DNA of 64,000 bases from Entomortierella parvispora E1425 (taxonomy: Eukaryota; Fungi; Mortierellomycota). Within the stretch, counting starts at the first letter, position 1; the number at the start of each line of letters is the position of its first letter. Below are positions 10,601 to 24,011 of the stretch, piece by piece. Under the pieces are notes generated by a model. That model was not told the DNA's origin and searched no databases. It saw only the letters and a program-made list of their open reading frames with translations. The position numbers were made by a program, and so were the translations under genes. The stretch spans positions 186,001 to 250,000 of the forward strand of contig BQFW01000001.1 in the NCBI GenBank assembly GCA_020891255.1, given 5' to 3'.

Positions 10601-13600
10601 TATGACTGTGCCGTCCATCAATCCAGTGACCATCTCCAATGCTGCTGCAGTTTTGTCCAGCTTTAGCTCCCACAATAACTACCTGCAGTCCAATAACAGC
10701 AATAACATTACCACCAATGCAACCAGCGCCGCCAGCATTGCTAGCATCAACAAACTCGCCCATGCCGGAAACGGCCACTACAATCACGGACATCCACTCA
10801 ACGCCCTCAACAACCATCTAAGGAACATTTGCCAGGCAACACCCATGACGCCGTCATTGTCTGCCTCTTCCACCGGGACGGTGACTCACCGCTCTGCTGG
10901 AGCTGGAGGATCCAGTGCAACTGGAGGAGTTGAACCTGTAGGCCTCTCTGGAGGGCTTCTATCCCTTACTAGCGACAGCAGCTCCAAACCCGGCGCAGAA
11001 GAAAGTCGCAGGAGGGCCATTACAGAGCCCAATCGGTTCTGGCTCAGCAACGCTCAGCAGATGGCTCTACAACAGAAAACAAAAGGCCATGCAAAGCAGG
11101 CATCAAAAGGCACGTGATACATTGGTGTCTCGCGAGCAACTGCGCTGAAATTTATCGCTTTGACCCTAATCTTTTTATTTTAACATCTATTGCAAGTAGT
11201 TTCAGCCCCTGATCTACTGGAGTCGGGTCTCGTGCGGCCCCTTGATCTCTCCAACGTGTCGGAGGCCCCATTCAAGCTGGACTCTCCCCCTGCCACCAAT
11301 GCTGCCATGGCTGCCGCTGCTGCTGCGGCGATAACATCTCCTGGAGCATCAAGTGCCGTGACCACATCTACAGGAACCAGCAAGTCATCGATGACGCGGA
11401 GACCAGTCTTGGGAACAGAATACCTGGACAATGCTAGTGAGCGATTATTGGCCACATCGAGTGCACGATCCTCTGTAGCGCCTGTCTATATCGGTTATAT
11501 TTGGCTTTTTGTTCCCAGCGAAGGACTAGTGCTCGAGGATGGATTCACACTACCAACTGACAATGAAACAGTGGCTAGTGCCGACGATGAGTGCGATAAT
11601 GGCAGGACGAAACAAGAAACCAAGTCCAAAGCACCCGGACGATTTGTGAAGTGTTTTGCGACTATCAACGACCAGGGCCACTTCCAGTGGGTCGAAGTCA
11701 AAAAGCAGAATGAAATTGAGTCTGAACAGGATGCAGCCCCTTCACCCACCTTCAACCCGAGGATGGGTTCAGCTTTCATGGGCTATTCTCGGGGAGCAAG
11801 TCTTACAGGAGGGATGCTTCCGCCTATGCCTGCTTCTCCAACCTCATCAGTTGCCTCATCTCATGGAGGCCCTTCATCCTCATCTCGACCCACCTATGGG
11901 GTCCAGTTACGACCTGCAACAAAGACTTCAAGCGGGTGGTCAGTTTCACCAATTGCTACTGACAGCGATGGAGGCCATCCATTGCAAATCTTGGTGGCTC
12001 GTACAAAGCGAATGTTCTGCTTTTGCATTAAGATCAAACCTTCGGCGCTGTCAGATGTCCTGCTCAATATGGAGCAAGCGAATGGTCAACGCGTCAAATC
12101 GGCTACAGTAGCAAGCGACAGCACATCCACTACAGCAACTGTAGGGCCTACGAGCATCCACCATCAACAACAATCTTCGCAGCAGCAACTCAACAGAAGG
12201 TCAGTCCCCTTGAGTCTTGCTGCATCCTCAGGCACATCTGCCGGTACTTCTGTTGCCAAGACAGTGAACAAAGTCCGGCACCGCCTATCATCATCACTCT
12301 CCACTTTGACCTCTGCAGCAGCCCTTCCACCGTTGCCTCACATGAAGTCACATTCACTCTCTGGTCCCTCAATGCTTGGTCCCAATAGCAACATCGGTAA
12401 TGGTGGCAACGTAGGTGACAGCAAAGCCCAAAGACATAGCGGGGGGCACTCCATTGAAAACACCATGCCCCTATCAAGCTCCGTGACGGATCGGACTATG
12501 AGTTCACCACCGCAATTGCCACCGATTTCTACAGTATCAATGTCTTTGTCGTTATCCACATCGTCCCTAGGGAGTGTAAATGAGGGAGCAGGAGGGGAGC
12601 GAGGAGCGGATTCAAGACGCCCACTCTTGGTTTCACACAAGGGATCGTCCCATTCACTGAAATCCATGACTCCCCCTGGAGCTTCAGAATCTTTGCACCA
12701 TTCTTTCAAGGAAGAGGAACCTTCTAGTTCATTCCACATAGCCCCGCCTTTGCCGACACGTATGACGCTCTCTGAGGTAATGGAAGCCAAGAAAGGATTA
12801 ATTCCAGATTCGGCAGCAACCATGGACCAATTCAAGCAGCGCGTACAGGAGAAGCAGGAACAGATTCATCAGCAGCAGCAAAGTCGCTATCCACAGCCCT
12901 CTCTAAGGACTCAGAACCAAAACCACAACCAACGGTCCTTGGACGACTCAGCTGGGCCTCTTTCTCCCTCTGGGAAGTCGTCACCAGTGTCCATGGAGGA
13001 ATCAAAGCCTCCAGCATACACCTGCCCGTTCTTGGAAGTCAATCACCAAGATTTCACGCAACACTCCTGCCAGGAAGACCAAGCAGACAAGGAAGGAGAT
13101 GAATATTATGTTACTCTGAAAGGGTATACTGAGACAGAAGAGGGATGGAGAATCCTGCAAAATGCGTTTGAGAGATTCTTAGGTAGGTCCCCCTGCAGAG
13201 ATTCACGTTGCGTATTCATTATATGTGGTATGTGGTACTGACCATTACCCTTGATGCTGGTGAAATAGTTGACAATCCGATCCAGAAGAACATATCGGCC
13301 CTTCCACCTGATGATACTTTGATTCCCTCGTATCATTCACTCGGTCCTCTTGCAGCCGAGCCTCATCTTTCAGAAAAGGCACAGCAGTACTTGGAGGCCA
13401 AGCAGTCACTTATCGATGAGGCTCATCTGGCAGCTGCCGTCGCAGCAGTTGATGCCGCCCGTGCGCCAACTCCAGATCTCCTGGGGGGTGCTCCGGCCGG
13501 TCCAATAAGCGGTGGTGCTGGCAACGCGGGCGATACTTCTGGAACAGGATCTATGGGTGCTGTGGCGCAGATCCGGGCAGTGAGTCTTAACCGATGGAAG

Positions 13601-15251
13601 AACCTGTCAGGCAGTGGAGACCGAGAAAAGAGCAAGTCGAAAGAGGTATGTTAAGAGGGAGATCATCCATAATGCAAAGTCAACATCGCATGCTAAGAGC
13701 TGACTCGATTTTGATTTGTGTTTGTATTTGTAGAAGAGCAATGCAGTTCACCGACATTCGCCGTCAGGATCTTCACTGTCGCTCCAAACTCCTGTTCCTG
13801 CTCAATACTCGGGAAATATTCTGTCCAGCACGGCTCCGTCCACCCCAGTTGTGCAATCAGGATTTGATAGTAGAGATGAGCAAGTTCAGGACTTTTCATT
13901 TTCTTCACTGACGTCGCCCTCAACACCAACAGCACTGGAGTTTTATCAACACGGTAGCGGTGGCAGCAATCTTAAGTGGGGGACGTCCTCGGCCTCGAAC
14001 CCAATGTCGTTGTCTGTTGGGTCAGGGTCCAATCTGTTTCGTCCCAGGACACGATTGAACCCTCAGCGATCCGCCGATGAACTCTCCAAGGCGTCGACGC
14101 AGACCCATCATACAGCTATACCGACCTCTTCAACGGCACCCTCGATCACTATTTCAGGAGGAGGTATGGGAAATGGAGCGTCAACTGGAGGATTGTACTC
14201 GACGGCAACTGCGATGATGCACCCACTTTCTCCAGCGTCTCCTGTGCAACACCAGCAACTGCCCTTGCCACTGCCTCAGATTCAGATCCACCCTCAGGGA
14301 CTATCATCTCAGCAGCAGCAACAGCAGAATAAGATCAGGTCTCTACTACAGGGGAGCCTGAGTCGGTCCTTTAGTGATGAGGATTCCTACATGGTGGCAA
14401 ATGCTCAAGCAGCAGCGGCTGCAGTGGCTGCCTACAATTTGGCCGCTTCTTCCACTCCTAGTCCGACAACCCCGACCTCGGCCACATCGCCAAAGACCCC
14501 CAAGAGCGCCAAGAGCCCATTGACTGGAAGTTCATCCGTGTTCATGTCGATGAAACCAAGTTCTTCCTCCTCTTCGTCTGCCAGGCCTCCGACCTCTTCA
14601 TCGTCGATTAAGTCATCATCGTCCAACTCCTCATCCTCATTAGCAGCCTCTCTTTCAAAATCACACTCTGGTCCAAGATCCATGTCCTTGACGGCGGCTA
14701 CAAACGGTGAGAAAGTCAGAACTATGGTCATGTCAACAACAAGTCATCTTGACCAGCAACAGCAGCAGCAGTACCCCTTGCTTCAACGAGAACAGGATTT
14801 AATGACACCACCGCCACCCTCGAAAAAAGATCGGCCTACCCGAAACAGCCTCAGCTCTTTGCAGTCTCTTGCTCATCTGACGGCATTGAAAGGATTAGGC
14901 GGTGGATCTCAATCTCAGTCGTCAAATCACGGATCCACAGCGGTTAACGGGAACAATGGCGGCCACTCCTTTTTCAGTCAGGAACATGATCAGAGTTTGT
15001 CCTCTGAGGAGCACCGTCACTCATTGCAGGGCCCTCGACGGTCGAGCGAAGGGGTGCTGTCGAGTACTGGGGTTGCAGGTAACGGTGGTTCCTCCGGACT
15101 CTTGGTCAACGGTGGGAAAGTGGGCATGCTGTCGGCAAACGGTTCTAGCAGCGGGATAGGACCGAGCAGTAAGAAACACCAGACAGTTCTAGGAGCGGGC
15201 AAAGCGGCCGTGAGTGGAGTCTTCGGCAAGTTTAGGAAAAGTGTCGGATAG
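7676..15251 (+). CDS. Large low-complexity protein (~2357 aa) with a split ubiquitin-like (RA/FERM-F0-like) domain, a PH domain and a second PH-like region; 7 exons
   Basis: Exons ~7676-9484, 9577-9891, 9970-10209, 10278-11109, ~11200-13182, 13269-13645, 13734-15251 join in frame. All introns are GT-AG except intron 4, which needs a GC donor and has an ambiguous acceptor. PH motifs: YAEGVLYKLSKK, WKERWVVLQGTKLLIYHKRK, SEHDILHWVRIFESLN. Confidence 0.75.
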
Positions 15252-17152
15252 GGGTTTTTTGATGGGTCCCTCTGTTCTGGACCCGACTTAATAAATTCAA
15301 CCCTTGAATGATATGAATGTATAATGTGAGGTACTCCTCCTGGACAAACGTGATTAAGCTAGATAGTCGCGATACTCCTCGCCTTCATCCCTCTCGCTAG
15401 ATCATGACTACTGGCCTTGGCAGGGGTGAAGGAGGAAGAATTAGGTACCGTCAGTGCGGAAATCAAGGACGTGGTCAGGGTGCACCAATTTCAGTAAGAT
15501 CATAGTCCTCCCACTCAAAAAAAAAAAGGGGGGGGGGGGACTCAATTTGCAAGACGCGTGCCTGCGCATGTGTGCATGGTGTGCCAAGAGACGCCTAGCC
15601 TGCTTTCCGGGTACCATTTATGGTCTACGGAGGTTGTGCTTGGCGTGGGTAGCGCACTCATCTTTAGCACCCCTTCACCATTACCCCCTGAGTCTTCTGA
15701 TCCCATCAAAGTTTTTGCACGCGAGATATACACGTTTGTTTCCCTCACAAAGCGTGGATTTTTTTTTCATGTTCGCAAAACGAGAAAGCATGCATGCATG
15801 CATGGGCTGCAACGGACGATGTGATTCGTTCTAGTAAATCGATCATGATTCCTCCCTCTATTCATCCACCACGTCTCCTTTTTCTGTCAGTGCGGATATA
15901 CTTTGCCATGGACGTGCATCCTTCATTTTTTTTTTTTTTTTTTGTGACAAGCTGAGGATAGTCTACTGCTCCCCCACTCTTGCCACAAACAACGAGACAC
16001 AAAGATTTGTTATCGTGCCTTGACCCTAGTCTTCATCGCATTCGTTACCAAGTACATGTACATTCTTGTACATGTACACGTTTAAGTTCAGGCGCGACGC
16101 TGTCTTTTTGTGCATGGGTAGACTATCCATGATTTTCTGCCGTCTTTTGCCGTCGTTCCTGAACGCTCTGATGCGAAAATCGGCGCTAGACTGAAGAATT
16201 TTATGATGCACACCTTTCTGTCGCTGATCGTGTGGCCACGATAAGAGAGAGCCCCCTCTCTCTTTTGTCCTGCAGACGGGTGTCTAGCAGGGGTACAAGG
16301 GTGAAATGCACACGATGTCGAAAGGTCATTGGACGATAACCAAATGTGGTGATGCAAGGGTTGGACAACCAAGAGCCCTTTTGCTGCACGGAGATGGTGA
16401 TAAAGAATGAGCATGACCAAGGTCGGACAAAAGAGACAGAAAGGCAGAAAGTGAGGAAAAGGAAAGAGGAAGGTCGGCGCCCAGTCTCTCGGCTATCAAT
16501 CCCGTTTCTTCCTTTGCGCGCGCGGCCAGACAGGTAACCGCCCATCAGCTCGTTAGCCATCATCCACTTTCAGAAACACAGAGGGACTCATAAAACAAAG
16601 AATGAACTCTGCCCTGAACGAGATTGCAATCGCGGGGTGTTTACCCCTGGACAGGGTCTCTCAGCCAATCAGCGGCACAGATCACTTCAAATTCACCGTT
16701 GGGATAATTACCAGCAGAGGGCTCAATGCGTAAATTCATCGTTTGATTACTTTTTGTTGATTTGTTTGTTTGTTGCCACGGAGGCATTAAAACTCAAAAA
16801 GTCCTGATGCGTCCCTCGATGGACAGGCAGGATAAATCCACAGAAGTCTTCAGACAGGAACTAGTCTGCCATTGGCAGAGAACAGTACATACTTTTTTCT
16901 ATCGTTGCGATCGAGTAGCCGATAACAGAAGATGTAAGCGGACTCTTTCTCTCCCCCACGGTCCTTCTTCCTTCAGGTACCATCATAGAACAGACCTTAA
17001 TTTTCTTAATGGTTCGATCAAGAGTATAAAGACCCAAGGGTCGCGCCCTCCGATTTTTTTCCTCAGGACATCCTCTTCCTTCCTCCCCTCCCTCCTATTC
17101 TCCTCGTTGACGCCCCTTCCTCAGCCTTCAGCTGACCCTCTTCTTCTTTACC

Positions 17153-18883
17153 ATGTTTTTCAACACTCGAACAGCACTTTGTGCTCTCCTTGGCCTCGCC
17201 GCTGTCAGCCGGACTGCAGTGGCATTCAACGCGCTTTCCCACACTAACGTTGTCAACTATTGGGGACAAAAGTATGCCTCAGTTCCGTCCACTGTACCTT
17301 GTTACATTTCTCGTTCAAAGAAGATCCGACATGCCTAACATCCTTCTATCTTTTCAAATAGCTCTGTTTCGGCCACTGGCGGCAATGAGTCCTCTTTGGC
17401 CACCTACTGCCAGGGTGACACCATTGATGTCTTTGCAATTGCATTCATCTCGCAGATTGTCAATGGAGAACCCATCCTCAACTTGTCCGACCACTGTGGC
17501 AACACGTTCGCCAATTCTTCTCTCCTTGACTGCCCTCAAGTTGGTGAAGACATCAAGACCTGTCAGGCTAATGGCAAGGCCCTCGTGATCTCCATTGGTG
17601 GTGCTTCAGGCTCCTATTCCATTGACACTGCCTCTGCAGGAACTGCTTTTGCAGAGCAGGTCTGGGATACCTTCCTCGGAGGATCTTCCTCCACTCGTCC
17701 CTTCGGTGATGCTGTCCTTGACGGAGTTGATCTGGATCTCGAAGCGGGCACCAATGAGGGTTACATTGCCTTCATCCAGACCCTTCGTACCAAGTTTACC
17801 GCCTCCTCCAAAAGCTACTACATTACCGCTGCTCCTCAATGCCCTTACCCCGATCTGGCTACCTCGGCCGCTCTGGACGCTGCCTGGTTCGATTTGGTCT
17901 GGGTTCAATTCTACAACAACTACTGCGGTGTGAATACCTATGGCACCAGCAACTTCAACTTTGATCAGTGGGATACCTGGGCCAGCACTGTCTCGATCAA
18001 CAAGGATGTTCGCGTCCTTCTTGGAGTTCCAGGTGGCCCTGGTGCCGCCGGCTCTGGTGTGGTCTCGGCTTCTCAGTTGAACACGGTCTTGGCAGGTGTA
18101 AAGTCCTACGCCAGCTTTGGTGGTGTCATGATGTGGGATGCTGGTATTGCTGCTCAGTCTGGCCTCGCTGCCTCTGCTGCCAGTTACTTGCACAGCTTGC
18201 CTAGCGGTGGTAGTGGCGGTGGTTCCTCACCTTCCGCTCAACCTTCCGCTCAACCATCGCCCACAACCACTACGACCACTAAATCCGCATCCAAAACCAC
18301 CGCCCCCTCGACCATGACTTCCCCAGCCCAGGCTTCCCCAACCCCCACTCAGGGCGGTGGTGGCGGCAGCGAATCCTGCTCTGCTGCTGCCTGGAACTCG
18401 GCTACTGCCTACAATGGTGGTGCGGTTGTCTCTTACAACGGACATACCTACACCGCCCAATGGTGGACCCAGGGCAACGTCCCCACAAGCGGTGCACCTT
18501 GGACCGACAATGGAGCCTGCAGTGGCACTGGATCTACACCCACACCTTCTGTTGGCTGCGCTGGCGCTCCGGCTTGGAGCTCTGGCACGGCTTACAGCAG
18601 CGGCGCCAAGGTCACCTACAACGGAAACTTGTACACGGCTCAATGGTGGACTCAGGGCGACACTCCTGGAACCAACTCTGTCTGGGTTCAGGGAGCAGCT
18701 TGCACCTCTAGTGACAGCGAGGTCAATACCTCTAAGAGTACCACTAAGACCACCAAGACCTCCAAGAGCACGACCAAGACCTCCAAGAGCGCGGTCAAGA
18801 CATCGAAGGCACCCACCAAAAAGGCCAGGAACGGCAAGAGACGACTCTATTCGCCCGAGAAGTTCGAGAGCTGGCGACTGTAA
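17153..18883 (+). CDS. Secreted GH18 class III chitinase (~546 aa) with Ser/Thr linker, two CBM5/12-type chitin-binding modules and a basic C-terminal tail
   Basis: Signal peptide; exons 17153-17271 and 17362-18883 give YWGQNS; catalytic LDGVDLDLE (DxxDxDxE); AAPQCPYPD; two AW..TAY..GA.V(S/T)YNG..YTAQWWTQG..P modules. Confidence 0.93.
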
Positions 18884-19621
18884 ATGACCCGAAAAGGAAT
18901 AGCGTCTGGAAAGACTGGTTTTTGAGTTGAGCTCATCCACCACAAAACCCTGGCGTTTATTGAGCCTTTCCCAATAACTCGAGGACTGGATCCTCGCAAA
19001 CCTTCAAGAACCGAAACAAACAAAAAAAGCAAACACAAAAATTCCTCCCAGGACTGGATCCTGGTTGTACGACACCTTCCACACACACAATTGTATTTAT
19101 CTACTTTGATATTTATTTCACCTCTACGCACACATTCAACTACGAGCGCCGCTCTTTCTTCTGTTTCCTCTTGGCTGGTCCCATGAATAAAACCTTTTTT
19201 TTTTTTTTTTTTCCTCCGAAGTATATCCAAAAAGGTACCTTTGAATCGCGTGGATGACCTGGTTCCTTTGTATGTACGCGTCAATCTCGCGCAAAAAAGA
19301 ATTTTTTTTTTCATTCTTTCAAAGCTCACATCTTCCTCCACAAGTTTTTTTGCCCTGAATTGGGTTTGAAATGGGCTCGGATCAATATGGAAAGCTCTCT
19401 AGAAGAAGGCTCAGTCGTAGAACTCTTTACTCGAGTCCAATATTCATTATGAAGAGTAAAAGGCTCTTTATCGTGGGAGAAAATGTGGGTTGATCCGGAA
19501 GTTTTTCTATCCGGCGTCGATTCGACTGACAGATCACGTGTCCATTCAGAGCCTTGTTGCGCCTTGCATGTTTGCTGTCTGCCTCATTCAGCCTTCTCAT
19601 TGCCCATTCATCCTGCGGAAC

Positions 19622-21484
19622 ATGTTCTCAATAAGTGAACTCGATGACCTTGTCTGCATGAAACTGGAACCAGTGGACCTTCTTCAATGCATTCAAGTTT
19701 GCAAGAAATGGGCCGACAACATTCTTCCGTACCTCTGGCGCGACTTGTCGGAGCTGCCGCGCTCAACTCTTCGGAAGCTATGGATGGACGACTTCATATA
19801 TACTTTGGAAGCGTCCTCGTCCTCAACCAACGGATCAAATTCATCCGCTTTTACTTCAATTGGATATTTGACAACGGCGATCCCCCCTCTCACAAAATAT
19901 GGCCGTTTTGTGCAGGTTCTCCCGTCCCCCACCAATATCTTGTTCATGCTGCGCGGCGATCATGAGGATGGGTATCCGTCGAGGATCAAGGAGGCCATGT
20001 CCACAGCAGGGCTACCGTACAGTTCAAGCGACCGACGTTTCTTGAATCATCTGCTGAAGACACGTTGCCCTCAAGCAGTGCGGAACCACACTGTCCTGAG
20101 TATTACCGCCATTATCGTCTCTTCGGATTATTGCGACCTCATCGTTGACTGCTATGTCCCCCATGCCACAAGTATAACCTTTGGGAACGGTCAGTACGGG
20201 GCGCTGACGATACGACTCTCACTGGTCATGGAGATTCTTTCAAAGTGTTCCGATGCCTTGGAACGACTCGCGTTTCATCTTCGATACAGTCCAGAGCGGA
20301 GAGGAGAGGTTCAGGATGACGATGAAGTCGATAGCGACAGCGGAGACGACACAGGGGGGCAGTTGTGTTTTGATGACAGGGCACATCCCGACTCTGAAGC
20401 GGGCCTTGCTTTCAGACTCAAGTCGTTGGAGTTTCAGGGGATTGGCAACGAAAACCCTAGCTCATTCAGGATCTGGAGGTCACTGGCTCCTTGCTGTGAA
20501 CAGCTAGAGCATATCCAGTTAGGCAACGATCCCAGAATCGTCTCTCACTTGATCAAGGGCTTTCGATCTGGACTTTATTCGCGACTAAGCAGCATTACCT
20601 TTGAAGGCGCCTTTATAGCATCTGTTTTGAGCAGCCGTCGCCGTGCCCATTCAAGCGGTACCGACAGAGGCTTCTGGAGGCACCTTCGCATTCTGGACAC
20701 CTGTGAATATGGACTGGAAATGAAGGAGGCTTTGATCGACTGTGAGCCACATCTCGAGTCCTTTGTGCTGGAGGGGTTTTTGGACGACAACATCGACAGC
20801 ACGTTGGTGAAGCTTTTGGCTGGTCAACCCAACCTTGTCCAATTCTCGACCGTGGATGTGATGTCGTCGGTGGACGATATTTTTTCACAGCAGACCGTGA
20901 GGGCCACAGCGTTTATTGATTACCAGGATTGGAACCTGAAGATTCTGCGTCCATGGTCCTGCACGGTGACCCTGACGACCCTACGCCTCTCAATTTCTGG
21001 AATCCCTCGGCCGGACCGGATGGATTTAGCAGCAGTAGAGTGGGTTAGAGAGGAGTTTTCAGGAGAGGGTCGGGCAATGCAACGGGAGGTTCATCGTCGC
21101 CTCGGAACGCTGGTGAACCTCGAAAGCCTCTGGTTGGGCCTGGATCCGGCCTTGTCCGACTCTCGAGAGGCGACGTTTTATAGGACGCGGAGCGATGGCT
21201 TGGAGATGACACTCGACACTGGACTGGGAGCCCTGAGGGATTTGAAGAGGCTGAGGGAGCTCAACGTGCTCTCGATGGGTCATCGGATAGGTGTTGATGA
21301 GGTATGCTGGATGACGGAGCAGTGGCCGCTGTTACATACGATTTATGGACTGGACAATAGAGAAAATGAGGCAGACGAAGATCAGGATGTAGACTCTGTC
21401 GAGGACGAGGAGGACGGCGCGACTGATGTCAAGACTGTGGCATGGCTCAAGGAGCGCTGTCCGTGGATCGATGCCAGCGGATAG
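19622..21484 (+). CDS. F-box-like / LRR (RNI-like) protein, 620 aa, single exon
   Basis: N-terminal ISELDDLVCMKLEPVDLLQCIQVCKKW F-box-like motif; C-terminal RPWSC..TLTTLRLSISGIPRPD...RLGTLVNLESLWLG...LRELNV..MGHRIG. Confidence 0.85.
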   Translation: MFSISELDDLVCMKLEPVDLLQCIQVCKKWADNILPYLWRDLSELPRSTLRKLWMDDFIYTLEASSSSTNGSNSSAFTSIGYLTTAIPPLTKYGRFVQVLPSPTNILFMLRGDHEDGYPSRIKEAMSTAGLPYSSSDRRFLNHLLKTRCPQAVRNHTVLSITAIIVSSDYCDLIVDCYVPHATSITFGNGQYGALTIRLSLVMEILSKCSDALERLAFHLRYSPERRGEVQDDDEVDSDSGDDTGGQLCFDDRAHPDSEAGLAFRLKSLEFQGIGNENPSSFRIWRSLAPCCEQLEHIQLGNDPRIVSHLIKGFRSGLYSRLSSITFEGAFIASVLSSRRRAHSSGTDRGFWRHLRILDTCEYGLEMKEALIDCEPHLESFVLEGFLDDNIDSTLVKLLAGQPNLVQFSTVDVMSSVDDIFSQQTVRATAFIDYQDWNLKILRPWSCTVTLTTLRLSISGIPRPDRMDLAAVEWVREEFSGEGRAMQREVHRRLGTLVNLESLWLGLDPALSDSREATFYRTRSDGLEMTLDTGLGALRDLKRLRELNVLSMGHRIGVDEVCWMTEQWPLLHTIYGLDNRENEADEDQDVDSVEDEEDGATDVKTVAWLKERCPWIDASG

Positions 21485-21588
21485 ATCACACGAAGCAAAA
21501 AATTAAAAAAAATGAACAGTCACAAAAAAAAAGACCGTGTCAGGGCCGTTGAACCCAAAAAAAAACACCATCCCACCATCTATTTCCC

Positions 21589-24011
21589 ATGCTCGACATT
21601 CCAGAGCTGGACACCATCATCTGCCGGCAGCTCAGTCGGCAAGATCTCGCGCAATGCGTCCAAGTCTGCAAGAAATGGTCCACAAGTGTTCATCCCTACC
21701 TTTGGCATGATCTCTCGGACCTGTCATTCGAGCATTTTTACCACTTGTGGATGACCGACTACATCTTCACCAGGAACAGGCGTTCAGAGACTGTATTGGA
21801 GCGCGCCTCAGGCATGGACAGCAACAAGAACAAAAACAACAGGAGCCACAGCACTGACAAACCATTAGGAATCGAGGGTTCAGAGGCACCCCTGTTGACG
21901 AAATACGGCCATCTGGTTCAGCTTCTCCCCCCTCCTGAAAAACTCTTGCAGTTTCTGAACCGGGCCGCAGAGGAATGTCAAAGGTGGAGAGCCATACAAG
22001 GATTGCGGGATTCAGACTCATCCTCCTCAGACGAATCCAGCAGCAACCGTCGTCCTTGCTTTGCAAGAAGGGGAAGAATTCCTGGCGCCTCGAATATACC
22101 AATCTTTGCCGTTCCCGCGACAGCTAGACGGGGCACGGCAAGTCGCGCCAGGGCTAGTCGTGGCAGGGGCGCAGGTCGCGGTGGCAAAGGTCGAAGCTCG
22201 AATACAATTCCCTCGCCGCCTTTCTACATGACACAGGATGTGATCTCACGGAAGCACTATCCCAACAACAGTCGGATGTTGATCCACCTGCTCAAGGTCA
22301 GGTGTCCAGTGGCCGTCAGGAACCAGAAGCACTTGACCATTTGCTCAACTATTGTCGGAGCATCTGCCTCCGCGTCCAGATTGCTCATGCAGCTGTATGC
22401 ACCTCACGCAAGGAGTATCACCTTTGGAGATGACGAATCGGGCGACGCGGCCGTGGCTGTGAAGGCGCCGTTCATAAGGCTCGTTCTGGATCTTTGTGCC
22501 AAACCGCTTGAACGCCTGATATTCAACGTCCGCAGTAAGTTTTCCTTTTTTTTAGTATGATGTGGGAAGGAATGCTGTCCCAACTATCGCAGTTTGTCCT
22601 TACAATTTTCGCCTCTTGCTCAAAAAAAAAAAAAAAAAAAAAAAATATAGTGATTGACCACAGAAAAAATTGGGGGCCTCGCTGTGCATGGAAACCTGAG
22701 TCTGAGCCAGAGCGGAGCGACTCCTTGGACGATGATTCTAGCGACGAAGAGGCTGATTCCGGAGACGAGAATATTCGTTCCGACGGGGACATGAAGATCG
22801 AGGACGGTACAGACGACAAGGTGTTGACGGAGATCGAATCTGATAGTGACGGTGGAAAACAAACGGATGATATTGACGACAGGAGCATTCACAGTGGCGG
22901 GAAAGAGGAACTGAAGATGGGTGAGGAGGAAGAGGAGGAAGAGGAGGAAGAGGAGGAAGAGGAGGAAGAGGAGGAAGAACCGAACTTTACTCTAAAGTCG
23001 CTGGAGTTCAGGGGATATAGTGGGCCACAAACTTCGTGGTGGATATGGGATAAGCTACAACTCAACTGCCTGTATCGCTTGGAGCATATCCAACTTTGTG
23101 ATATGGCCGTGGTCAAGACCCTGTTGGAGGAAGACGAGTCTTTTTTGGAGGACATGCTTCCGTACTTGAGCTCTATCAGTTTCGACGGAGGGGACATGTA
23201 CAAGAATCCAAAGCTTTCGGATCCATTGGTCGCCAAGATTTTGGTGTATGGCCGTGATAGCCCAATTGTAGCTGGTAACGGTGAGAAGGAGCCAGCCGAA
23301 TGGAAACAGGTCACTTTTGGGAAGGACGCTAAAGTTTCACTGGAAGCAAGGTGCTTGCTGACTACCGATTCCTTTATTCTGGACGAATTTCGCGAGAGCG
23401 ATCTTGACGAGAGCCTGGTCCAAATCTTACGAATTCAACCTCGACTGAAAACCTTCGAATTGGCGGATGTTTCGGATTCTCCCAGGTTTTACACTGACCA
23501 ACAAAAGTTTAGAGCCTCTGTCTTTGTTGACTACCTGGATCCAAGTCTGAAAACATTCCGACCATGGCCCTGTGCTGTAACTCTTACATTTCTGCAAGTT
23601 CGCATCTCGGGCATTCCTCGTCCTGATCTAGACGAGGATTGCTGCTACGAATGGACACCGGAGGAGCACCCTGGTCAAGGACGTATTCTGCAGCAGCAGG
23701 TGTGCGAGCGACTGGGCACGCTGGTAAATTTGGAGCGGCTCTGGCTGGGGGTCAATCCGACGTTCAAATTTCACCCTGATGTCTACATTCGTCCCAAGCG
23801 AGATGGTCTTGAGTTGACATTGGAGACTGGATTGAAGTCGCTCGGAAATTTGAAAAAGTTGCGCGAAATCAATGTCCGAAGCACTGAGCATCGCATTGGA
23901 GACGAGGAGGTTCGATGGATGAAAGAAAATTGGCCCCTGTTGGAAACCATCCATGGACTAGAACGTGAAGATGGGCTTGTGTACAACAACGAAACAGGCC
24001 TTTATTGGTGA
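21589..24011 (+). CDS. Tandem paralog F-box-like / LRR protein (~768 aa), 2 exons, poly-Glu tract
   Basis: MLDIPELDTIICRQLSRQDLAQCVQVCKKW; exons 21589-22534 (donor gtaagt) and 22651-24011 join in frame; same C-terminal motifs as the upstream paralog; (GAGGAGGAA)6 at ~22922-22978. Confidence 0.82.

Noticed and set aside
16052-16077. gtacatgtac-attctt-gtacatgtac double palindrome
   Set aside because: Short, single occurrence with no supporting context
18227-18943. Antisense and alternative-frame ORFs over the chitinase, PH-protein and F-box genes
   Set aside because: Codon-bias shadows of the real genes
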